Below are positions 22,103 to 29,414 of a stretch of DNA of 30,145 nt, one piece after another. How positions within the stretch are numbered: the first letter of the stretch is position 1; the number at the start of each line of letters is the position of its first letter. The position numbers and the translations under genes are program-made. Below the pieces are notes generated by a model, which did not search any database, was not told where the DNA came from, and saw only the letters and a program-made list of their open reading frames with translations. This stretch comes from a virus: the IMG/VR virus record IMGVR_UViG_3300031578_000247, positions 1 to 30,145 of that record; one strand, 5' to 3'.

Positions 22103-22281
22103 ACGAAAACGGGAACAAATCAAGAGCAAGTAGGACAAGCGGCAAACGCGCGTGCCTATGTAAAGATGGAACGTATAAACGAAAGTGCTGTACTGGCGAA
22201 CTACAAAACCAAGGAATCGGAAGCGACGTAACACCACCGCAACCCGTGCCACCCGCACCGAATTGGAATCCACTACCTTAA
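22099..22281 (+). CDS. Basic Cys-cluster / Pro-rich mini-protein, 60 aa
   Basis: ORF track. Contains CLCKDGTYKRKCC, then TPPQPVPPAPNWNPLP. Confidence 0.55.
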   Translation: MNENGNKSRASRTSGKRACLCKDGTYKRKCCTGELQNQGIGSDVTPPQPVPPAPNWNPLP

Positions 22282-22312
22282 AAATGCAACAAACAAAAAT
22301 TAAATAAGTTAT

Positions 22313-22729
22313 ATGATTATGAAAAACGTTTTAGACAAAATCAATAAGGCTCACGAAGTTGAAGCAACTAAGTTAGGTACGCACGAAGTTGAGTTAGCGT
22401 TAGTTGACGAATTAAATGCGTTAGAAGATAGGGGTTCTGCGATAGTAGAATTATTTACTAAAAACATAGATAAATTTGAGCAGTTAATTTTATCTATGGA
22501 AGATATTACAAAGAAAACTTCACAACAAAACGAAGTAGTAAATAATAATAAAGGTTTGGCGCAAAAGTGGGATAACGAAGTAACAAAAGTTTACTCAAAA
22601 GCATTAGATGCGGCTAAACAATTAGGAGTAAATAAAAACGATATTCAAGGTTTAGCTAAATTAGAAAAAACAATGATAGCCGTCCAAAACGCAATTAATA
22701 ACGCGCAAAAAATTGCAAAAAGATTTTAA
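22313..22729 (+). CDS. Paralog family member 3 (138 aa), leader MIMKNVLDKINKAHEVEATKLGTHEVEL
   Basis: ORF track. Shares the LG(K/T)HE(I/V)EL and AKQLGV motifs with members 1 and 2. Confidence 0.8.
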   Translation: MIMKNVLDKINKAHEVEATKLGTHEVELALVDELNALEDRGSAIVELFTKNIDKFEQLILSMEDITKKTSQQNEVVNNNKGLAQKWDNEVTKVYSKALDAAKQLGVNKNDIQGLAKLEKTMIAVQNAINNAQKIAKRF

Positions 22730-22745
22730 TTAATAAATAAACAAA

Positions 22746-23345
22746 ATGAAAAATAGCACACTATTAGAAAAAATCAAAGCGATGTTATCTAACGAAGTAA
22801 AGTTAGAACGAATGCTTATGGGCGACGGAGTAACCAAAATCGAAGCGGATTCTTTTGAAGCGGGTAAAGAGGTTTTTGTCGTAACGGAAGACGAACAAAA
22901 GATAGCCGTTCCCGTTGGAGAATACGAATTAGAAGACGGGCGTATTTTAGTTATCGTTGAAGAAGGTATTATTTCCGAAATCAAAGAAAAAGAAGAAGAA
23001 GTAGAAGAAGTTGAAGAGGAAGTAAAAGAAGAAGAGGTTGAAGCAATGCCCGAAGAAGAAATGAGCGCACCCGTTGCAACTCCTAAAAAAACTATTGAAT
23101 CCATTGTTAAAGAATCATTCTTTAGCGAAATGGAAAAACTTAAAGAAGAAAACGAAGCGTTAAAAGCAGAATTGGCTAAACTTTCCAAAGTTGACGCGAT
23201 CGCAAACGAAGCGACCGAACTTAGCGAAACACCTACCCCAATTTCTTTTAACCCCGAAAACGAAGCTAAAACCGAGTTTACTAAAATCGGTAAAAAAGCA
23301 CCACGCGGAATAATGGATTCCGTATTAGAAAAAATTAATAAATAA
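22746..23345 (+). CDS. Scaffolding-like acidic coiled-coil protein
   Basis: Directly upstream of the major capsid gene. Has a Glu-rich tract EKEEEVEEVEEEVKEEEVE and the coiled coil MEKLKEENEALKAELAKL. Confidence 0.5.
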   Translation: MKNSTLLEKIKAMLSNEVKLERMLMGDGVTKIEADSFEAGKEVFVVTEDEQKIAVPVGEYELEDGRILVIVEEGIISEIKEKEEEVEEVEEEVKEEEVEAMPEEEMSAPVATPKKTIESIVKESFFSEMEKLKEENEALKAELAKLSKVDAIANEATELSETPTPISFNPENEAKTEFTKIGKKAPRGIMDSVLEKINK

Positions 23346-23360
23346 TTAAAATTAAAAAAA

Positions 23361-24293
23361 ATGCCAAATCCAAACATTACAACTACTTACGCAGGTCAAT
23401 GGGCAGGTAAGTACGTTTCAGCGGCTTTATTAAGCGCACCAACTATCGAAGGTGGCGGGGTAACCGTTATGCCTAACGTAAAATTCAAAAGCGTTATCCA
23501 ACGTTTAGAAACTACTAACTTTCTACAAGATGCTTCTTGCGACTTCCAACCTGCGGGACAAGTTAACTTAACCGAGCGTATCTTAGAAGTTAAAGACCTT
23601 CAAGTGAATATGACACTTTGTAAAAAAGAGTTTCATTCAACTTGGCAATCTATCGAAATGGGTTATTCTTCTTTCGACACTTTGCCTAAATCTTTTGCAG
23701 ATTACCTTATTGCATACGCCGCTGAAAAAGTAGCCGCTGCTAACGAGGTTTCTATTTGGCAAGGTAACGGCGCACTTTCGGGAGAATTTGACGGGTTATT
23801 TACAACCGCTCAAGCGGATTTAGCTTTACCGCCAGCTCAAAATATCGCGGGTGGTGCAATCAACGCGGGTAACGTTATTCCTGCTTTACAATCGGTTTAC
23901 GATGCTATTCCTGCTTCTTTGTATGGTAAGCCCGATTTAAAAATTTACGTTGCACAAGACGTTATTAAAGCGTATGTTGCTGCATTAGGTGGTTTTTCTG
24001 CGTTGGCTACGTCTAACTCGGGGGTTAACGCTCAAGGTACAATGTGGTATAACAACGGAATGGTAACTTTCAACGGATTACCTTTGTTTATGGCTAACGG
24101 ATTGCCTACTTCTTCTATGATGGCTACAACTACTTCTAACCTTTACTTCGGTTGTTCTTTATTGAGCGACACGCAAGAAGTTAGAGTAATTGATACTTCT
24201 GCTACTTTAGGAGATGATAACGTTCGTGTAATTATGCGATACGCTGCGGGTGCGCAATATGGAGTTATCGAAGATATCGTAGTTTACGGATAA
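23361..24293 (+). CDS. Major capsid protein (HK97-fold type)
   Basis: 310 aa with Ala/Gly/Thr/Val-rich composition. It follows the scaffold-like gene and is followed by a strong intrinsic terminator. N-terminal region TTYAGQWAGKYVSAALLSA...LEVKDLQVNMTLCKKEF is typical of MCPs. Confidence 0.75.
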   Translation: MPNPNITTTYAGQWAGKYVSAALLSAPTIEGGGVTVMPNVKFKSVIQRLETTNFLQDASCDFQPAGQVNLTERILEVKDLQVNMTLCKKEFHSTWQSIEMGYSSFDTLPKSFADYLIAYAAEKVAAANEVSIWQGNGALSGEFDGLFTTAQADLALPPAQNIAGGAINAGNVIPALQSVYDAIPASLYGKPDLKIYVAQDVIKAYVAALGGFSALATSNSGVNAQGTMWYNNGMVTFNGLPLFMANGLPTSSMMATTTSNLYFGCSLLSDTQEVRVIDTSATLGDDNVRVIMRYAAGAQYGVIEDIVVYG

Positions 24294-24314
24294 TCCACAT
24301 AACCAAAATATAAC

Positions 24315-24347
24315 GGGGTGGTGGATAATACTGCCACCCTTTTTTTT
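24315..24347 (+). terminator. Rho-independent terminator after the major capsid gene
   Basis: GGGTGG (24316-24321) pairs with CCACCC (24334-24339), followed by T8 (24340-24347). Confidence 0.8.
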
Positions 24348-24367
24348 AACATTAAAAAATTTAAATT

Positions 24368-24928
24368 ATGAGCTGCGATATTTCACACGGTAGATTAGAG
24401 CCTTGTAAAGACGTTGTAGGTGGATTAAAAAACATTTACGTACTAAATTACGGACTTTACGAAGAAACCGATATTACTTATTCTACTACGATAGGATTAG
24501 AAGACCTAATTACTGGTATTTCTTTACCCGCTTTGGTTTCTATTTACAAATTCGAACTAAAGGGTACAAACTCCTTCGAAACCACTATTACAAGTTCACG
24601 CGAAAACGGAACTACATTCTTCGAACAAGTATTAAGCGTTCAACTTAAGAAACAAGACGCGATTACTCACAAGCAAGTTAAATTATTATCTTACGGACGT
24701 CCTAACATTATCGTTGAGACAAACGCGGGACAATACTTTATTGCGGGTCTTTTACGAGGAATGGACGTAACAGCGGGAACTATTTCTAACGGAACTGCGT
24801 TAGGAGATATGAACGGGTATTCTTTGACATTTACGGGTCAAGAAGCTACACCCGCTAACTTCTTAGATGCTCAAACGGAAGCACAATTAGTTACGTTATT
24901 AAATAATGCAAACGTAGTTAATTCTTAA
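24368..24928 (+). CDS. Abundant virion structural protein, 186 aa (possibly major tail tube protein)
   Basis: ORF track. It is bracketed by two strong terminators, which suggests a highly expressed unit. Beta-rich composition. The tail-tube assignment is tentative. Confidence 0.4.
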   Translation: MSCDISHGRLEPCKDVVGGLKNIYVLNYGLYEETDITYSTTIGLEDLITGISLPALVSIYKFELKGTNSFETTITSSRENGTTFFEQVLSVQLKKQDAITHKQVKLLSYGRPNIIVETNAGQYFIAGLLRGMDVTAGTISNGTALGDMNGYSLTFTGQEATPANFLDAQTEAQLVTLLNNANVVNS

Positions 24929-24951
24929 GAACTTTGTTTTATATGCGTTAA

Positions 24952-24975
24952 GGGGGTGGCAACACCCCTTTTTTT
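24952..24975 (+). terminator. Rho-independent terminator
   Basis: GGGGTG (24953-24958), GCAA tetraloop and CACCCC (24963-24968), followed by T7 (24969-24975). Confidence 0.8.
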
Positions 24976-25010
24976 ATTGCACAAAAAAACGAATTACTGG
25001 TTATTAATAT

Positions 25011-25343
25011 ATGATAGTAGTCCAAGAACAATTAACAAGCCAAACCTTCGATTTCATACCGCGTTATGGAACACCTACAACGTGCGAACTAATCGACGAA
25101 AACACTAACGTACTTACAACGGTTGCGGGTACGTTTACGGCGGGGGATTACGTCTACCAATTTACGGGAATCTTACCCACGGAAGAGAACCAATTTTATT
25201 GGATGGTATTAAAAGACGCGAACGGAGATTTAGTATTAAAAGAACGTATCTTTTGCACGAACCAACCTATTAACACGTTCTCGGTAAACAACGGGGAATA
25301 TGTAAGCAACCAAACAACTAACGACTTTATAATGTATGAGTAA
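25011..25343 (+). CDS. Hypothetical protein, 110 aa
   Basis: ORF track. Overlaps the portal start by 8 nt. Confidence 0.7.
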   Translation: MIVVQEQLTSQTFDFIPRYGTPTTCELIDENTNVLTTVAGTFTAGDYVYQFTGILPTEENQFYWMVLKDANGDLVLKERIFCTNQPINTFSVNNGEYVSNQTTNDFIMYE

Positions 25344-27150
25344 TAACGTTCACATATTACAATTAGCAGAATATCAACAACCGACTATTCAAGAATCTAA
25401 ACGCGATGCGTGGGTAGAATTCGGCGAAGATAATAACTACTTCGGGTACTTAATAGATAGGTACACGAAATCCACTACAAACAGCGCGATAATAAACAAC
25501 GTAAGCCGTTTAATTTACGGCAAAGGTCTTAGTGCCTTAGATGCTTCGCGTAAGCCTAACGAGTACGCTCAAATGATGACCTTGTTTTCTGCGGATTGTT
25601 TGCGTAAAATGGTATTCGATAGAAAACTATTCGGGCAATTTGCTATGCAAGTTCATTACAACGACAAGCACGATAAAATCTTAAAGGTTTACCATATACC
25701 AGTAAACTTATTACGTGCGGAAAAATGCAACGATAAAGGCGAAATAACGGGTTATTTTTATTCCGATAATTGGGACGATGTACGTAAGTTCCCACCTACG
25801 CGAATTCCCGCGTTTGGACACTCAAAAGACAAAGTAGAAATAATGTTTGTACGCCCTTACGGTGTTGGAATGAAATATTACGCATACCCCGACTACCAAG
25901 GCGCGATTCCTTACGCAGTTTTGGAAGAAGAAGTAAGCGACTACCTAATTAACGAAGTTCAAAACGGCTTTTCGGGAACTAAGGTGGTTAACTTTAACAA
26001 CGGAGTTCCTTCGGAAGAACAACAAGACTTAATTAGTCAAAAGGTACTAAGCAAGTTAACGGGTTCAAAAGGACAAAAAGTTATAGTAGCCTTTAACTTA
26101 AATTCCGAATCTAAAACAACGGTGGACGATATTCCTTTAAACGATGCGCCCGACCATTACACGTATTTATCGGAGGAATGTTTAAGAAAAATAATGTTAG
26201 GACACAACGTTACAAGTCCTTTACTTTTCGGTATTGCTTCCAGTAACGGGTTTTCAAGTAACGCAGACGAACTACAAAACTCGTTTGTATTGTTTAACAA
26301 TATGGTTATTAAGCCTTTTCAAGACGAAATCTTAGAAGCCTTAGACAAAGTCTTAGCATTTAACGGGATAGCCTTAAAACTATTCTTTAGAACATTAAAA
26401 CCACTTGAATTTACCGACTTAGAAAACGCCACTACGGAAGAACAAGTAACCGAAGAAACGGGAGCGGATGCAACTGAATTACATTCAGAACTTAAAGCAC
26501 AAAGCACGGAAGAACAAATAGCGTTAGCCTTACAAGAATTCGGAGAAGAACCCCAAGCGGATTGGCTACTAATAGACGAAGCACCAGTAGACTACGACAC
26601 GGACGAAGAAGAAAACAACGCGCTTAAAGGCGAAAAAAGTTTATTCTCTCGTTTGGTTGAATTGGTAAATACTGGCGTTGCATTTCCTAACGCTAAGTCC
26701 AAACAAGACGAAGTAATAGACGGCGTTAAGTTTATTACACGTTATGTTTACGAAGGAGAAGACGGGGGTAAAAGCGGTAAGACACGCCCATTTTGTAGGC
26801 TAATGAAATCGGCAAAAAAGATTTACCGAAAAGAAGACATTTTGCGAATGAGCAAAAGCGTAGTAAACGCATACTACATAAACGCGGAAGGCGAACAAAT
26901 AGGCTTCGGAAAAAAAGGCGCACTAACTTACGATATTTGGTTATACAAAGGCGGGCCTAATTGCCACCACCGTTGGAATAAACAAGTTTACGCGCAGTTC
27001 GATAGCCGTTTTGGTATAGACGTTAATAGCCCGAACGCAAAAAGAATGGCCGTAAGAAAAGCGGAAAAATTTGGATATAAAATTAAAAACAATGCACTCG
27101 TAAGCACTCGACCTATCGATATGCCGAACCGAGGTTTTTTACCTAAATAA
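25336..27150 (+). CDS. Portal protein with an acidic linker and a MuF/SPP1-gp7-like C-terminal module
   Basis: The N-terminus WVEFGEDNNYFGYLIDRYTKSTTNSAIINNVSRLIYGKGL resembles portal N-termini. Size is 604 aa. The C-terminal segment GKTRPFCRLM...IYRKEDI...GGPNCHHRW resembles the Cys/His motif of head-morphogenesis MuF proteins. Confidence 0.6.
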   Translation: MSNNVHILQLAEYQQPTIQESKRDAWVEFGEDNNYFGYLIDRYTKSTTNSAIINNVSRLIYGKGLSALDASRKPNEYAQMMTLFSADCLRKMVFDRKLFGQFAMQVHYNDKHDKILKVYHIPVNLLRAEKCNDKGEITGYFYSDNWDDVRKFPPTRIPAFGHSKDKVEIMFVRPYGVGMKYYAYPDYQGAIPYAVLEEEVSDYLINEVQNGFSGTKVVNFNNGVPSEEQQDLISQKVLSKLTGSKGQKVIVAFNLNSESKTTVDDIPLNDAPDHYTYLSEECLRKIMLGHNVTSPLLFGIASSNGFSSNADELQNSFVLFNNMVIKPFQDEILEALDKVLAFNGIALKLFFRTLKPLEFTDLENATTEEQVTEETGADATELHSELKAQSTEEQIALALQEFGEEPQADWLLIDEAPVDYDTDEEENNALKGEKSLFSRLVELVNTGVAFPNAKSKQDEVIDGVKFITRYVYEGEDGGKSGKTRPFCRLMKSAKKIYRKEDILRMSKSVVNAYYINAEGEQIGFGKKGALTYDIWLYKGGPNCHHRWNKQVYAQFDSRFGIDVNSPNAKRMAVRKAEKFGYKIKNNALVSTRPIDMPNRGFLPK

Positions 27151-27151
27151 A

Positions 27152-27652
27152 ATGGCGGAAGCATTACTAATAACACGAGAAGATTTAGTGCGATTTACCG
27201 CACTTAACGGGAACATTGATACTGATACATTCATACAATGGATTAAAGTTGCTCAAGACATCCATATACAGCAGTACACGGGAACGGAACTACTTAATAA
27301 GATCAAAGCGGATATAGTAGCGGGAACGTTAGCGAATCCTTATTTAGACCTTGTCGAAATTTACTTAAAGCCGATGTTAATACACTGGGCAATGGTTGAA
27401 TACCTTCCGTTTATGGCGTACACGTTAGCCAACAAAGGTATCTTTAAGCATAGTTCGGAAAACGCTTCTAACGTGGATAAAAACGAAGTGGATTTTTTAG
27501 TAGACAAGCAAAAGTATTTAGCGCAAAACTACACCGAGAGATTCGTTCAATTTATGATTTTTTCGGGTAACACTTTTCCCGAATACTACGCAAACACGAA
27601 TAGCGACATATATCCAAACACGGACTCAAATTACAGCGGATGGGTAATATAA
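27152..27652 (+). CDS. Head-tail adaptor / connector-like protein (tentative)
   Basis: The pattern I.REDL...T.....D...I...I..AQ...I...LG..L is typical of gp6-like connectors. It sits next to the portal gene. Confidence 0.4.
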   Translation: MAEALLITREDLVRFTALNGNIDTDTFIQWIKVAQDIHIQQYTGTELLNKIKADIVAGTLANPYLDLVEIYLKPMLIHWAMVEYLPFMAYTLANKGIFKHSSENASNVDKNEVDFLVDKQKYLAQNYTERFVQFMIFSGNTFPEYYANTNSDIYPNTDSNYSGWVI

Positions 27653-27732
27653 AGAAGGAATACACGCCAAAGAAAAGCAACGTAATTAAGTTGCAGAAAC
27701 TAATTAAAAAATTACAAAACGTAAAAAAATGA
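27640..27732 (+). CDS. Lys-rich mini-ORF, 30 aa (MGNIKKEYTPKKSNVIKLQKLIKKLQNVKK)
   Basis: Hand-translated. ATGA overlap with the next ORF at 27729. Coding status uncertain. Confidence 0.3.
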   Translation: MGNIKKEYTPKKSNVIKLQKLIKKLQNVKK

Positions 27733-27896
27733 TTAACCACCTACGCGGTCTATCTTTACTTTATTACCTACTATCTTTTACGGGCGTAGCGTTTACGTTA
27801 TTCGAAGCGCCTTACATATTTATTAAACTTTTTGCAGTTTCTTACGCAAGTTACCTTGTGTTTGAACTTTTGAATTATTACCAAAATGAACACTAA
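27729..27896 (+). CDS. Small two-TM membrane protein, 55 aa (candidate holin or antiholin partner)
   Basis: Hand-translated: MINHLRGLSLLYYLLSFTGVAFTLFEAPYIFIKLFAVSYASYLVFELLNYYQNEH. It lies immediately upstream of the holin. Confidence 0.5.
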   Translation: MINHLRGLSLLYYLLSFTGVAFTLFEAPYIFIKLFAVSYASYLVFELLNYYQNEH

Positions 27897-28308
27897 ACTC
27901 CAACTTTTATTACTTTCGTTTTTAGCTATTTTATCCCCCATTAAAGGAATGGTAATTATAACTATCTTTTTTATTTGGTTAGATTTAATTGCTGGGATAT
28001 GGCGAAGTAAAAAGTTGAATTTGCCTTTACGCTCAAGAGGCTTTGCCCGTACGATTTCAAAGACGTGCATTTACGCGGGTGGAATAGTTTCGGTTTTCTT
28101 TTTAGAAAAATACATTCTCGCGGATTTAATTGGAATCTTTATTACCGTTGAACTTGTGTTGACAAAAGCATTTACGTTTTACTGCGTTTTCACGGAGTTA
28201 AAAAGTATTAACGAAAGTTACTACGACGTAACTAAAAAAGACGCTCTAAAATCCTTTAAGGAGTTTATAACCGCGAAAAAACAAGAGTGGGATGAGCTTA
28301 AACCTTGA
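27886..28308 (+). CDS. Holin (phage_holin_4-like)
   Basis: Multiple TM helices. WLDLIAGIWRSKK...SRGFARTISK...FTELKSINES resembles the D..tG....k...S..g..k...E..SI.EN holin family pattern. It sits directly upstream of the endolysin. Confidence 0.65.
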   Translation: MNTKLQLLLLSFLAILSPIKGMVIITIFFIWLDLIAGIWRSKKLNLPLRSRGFARTISKTCIYAGGIVSVFFLEKYILADLIGIFITVELVLTKAFTFYCVFTELKSINESYYDVTKKDALKSFKEFITAKKQEWDELKP

Positions 28309-28945
28309 CATTCAAAAAATAGTACAAAAGCGTTTATCTAAAGGGCAATTCTTCGAAGAAGCAAGCGACAAAACGCAAATATATTTACACCACACTGCGG
28401 GAAACGGAAACGCGGAAGGGGTAGCGCGTTATTGGAATAGTAACGATTCAAGAATAGCAACCGCATTCGTAGTTGGGGAAAACGGAACGATTGTACAATG
28501 TTTTAGCTCAAAGCATTGGGCGTGGCACTTGGGTATTGATTCCCAAGACTTCGCAACTCGCGGACTACCTTATAAGAATCTAAATAAACTTTCGGTAGGA
28601 ATAGAAGTTTGTAATTGGGGAATGCTCAAAGAAAAAAACGGAAAATTCTTTAACTATGTAGGCGGGGAAATAAACCCTTTGTATGTTACTACTTTGGAAA
28701 CTCCTTATAAGGGTTACAAGCATTGGTATAAATACACGGATTCACAAATAGAAGCAACGCGCCAACTTGTCGTATATCTTTGCGAAACTTACGGAATACC
28801 TAAGGCTTATCGTAAACAAATATGGAGTTTAGATAACGAAGCGTTTAAGGGTTCTAAGGGAATTTATACGCATAACTCCGTTCGTAAAGACAAAGCAGAT
28901 ATTTACCCGTGTCCGAGAATGATTAAAATGCTTGAAAGTTTATGA
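28292..28945 (+). CDS. Endolysin, N-acetylmuramoyl-L-alanine amidase (Amidase_2/PGRP fold)
   Basis: IYLHHTAG..., ATAFVVGENGTIVQ, WAWHLG, VGIEVCNWG, YTDSQIEATRQLVVYLCETYGIP and THNSV..DKADIYPCP are the zinc-amidase motifs. Confidence 0.85.
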   Translation: MSLNLDIQKIVQKRLSKGQFFEEASDKTQIYLHHTAGNGNAEGVARYWNSNDSRIATAFVVGENGTIVQCFSSKHWAWHLGIDSQDFATRGLPYKNLNKLSVGIEVCNWGMLKEKNGKFFNYVGGEINPLYVTTLETPYKGYKHWYKYTDSQIEATRQLVVYLCETYGIPKAYRKQIWSLDNEAFKGSKGIYTHNSVRKDKADIYPCPRMIKMLESL

Positions 28946-29409
28946 TTCGATTAATAGCTATTTTAAGCGTTTTAACGCTGTTTTCGTGTTCAAGTGAACG
29001 CAAAGCACAATACCACTACCGAAAAGCGCTTAAACACGGGTTAAAGGTGGTACAAGATAGCGACACGATACGAATAACTACGTTAGATTCATTCCCCGTA
29101 ATTAAAAACGATACTATATTTTGGGAGAAATTCATAACCACTAAAGATACAATCGTAAATTTTAAGAACGTTTTTGTGCCGACGACACGTTTTCAGGAAA
29201 GAATCCGATTTAAAGAACGCGTGAAGACACTTCGAATTGAAGGGAAAACAAAATGGAAAACTGCGAAGGCGGTTCAAGTTGTTAAATACCGTACTTCGTG
29301 GTGGTTAGTGTTACTTGCTTTTGTGCTTGGATTTGTTCTTCGGTTCATCTTAAATTCTACCTTTATTTCGCGGGTTCGTCTTTTCTTCCGATATTTCGGG
29401 CAAATTTAA
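28942..29409 (+). CDS. Unimolecular spanin candidate (N-terminal lipoprotein signal plus C-terminal TM anchor)
   Basis: MIRLIAILSVLTLFS-C is a lipobox-like signal. The C-terminal helix is WWLVLLAFVLGFVLRFIL. ATGA overlap with the endolysin. Confidence 0.55.
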   Translation: MIRLIAILSVLTLFSCSSERKAQYHYRKALKHGLKVVQDSDTIRITTLDSFPVIKNDTIFWEKFITTKDTIVNFKNVFVPTTRFQERIRFKERVKTLRIEGKTKWKTAKAVQVVKYRTSWWLVLLAFVLGFVLRFILNSTFISRVRLFFRYFGQI

Positions 29410-29414
29410 CGCTT

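Noticed and set aside
22730-23377. 215-aa ORF on the minus strand (Ser/Phe/Ile-rich low-complexity protein)
   Set aside because: It is the antisense shadow of the Glu/Lys-rich scaffold-like gene 22746-23345 (GAA/GAAG repeats read as TTC/CTT). Every supported gene is on the + strand. It has no start context or coupling.
24291-24299. DnaA-box-like TAATCCACA after the capsid gene
   Set aside because: It is a single copy with one mismatch to TTATCCACA, and it sits within a terminator region. No cluster was seen, so it is most likely chance.
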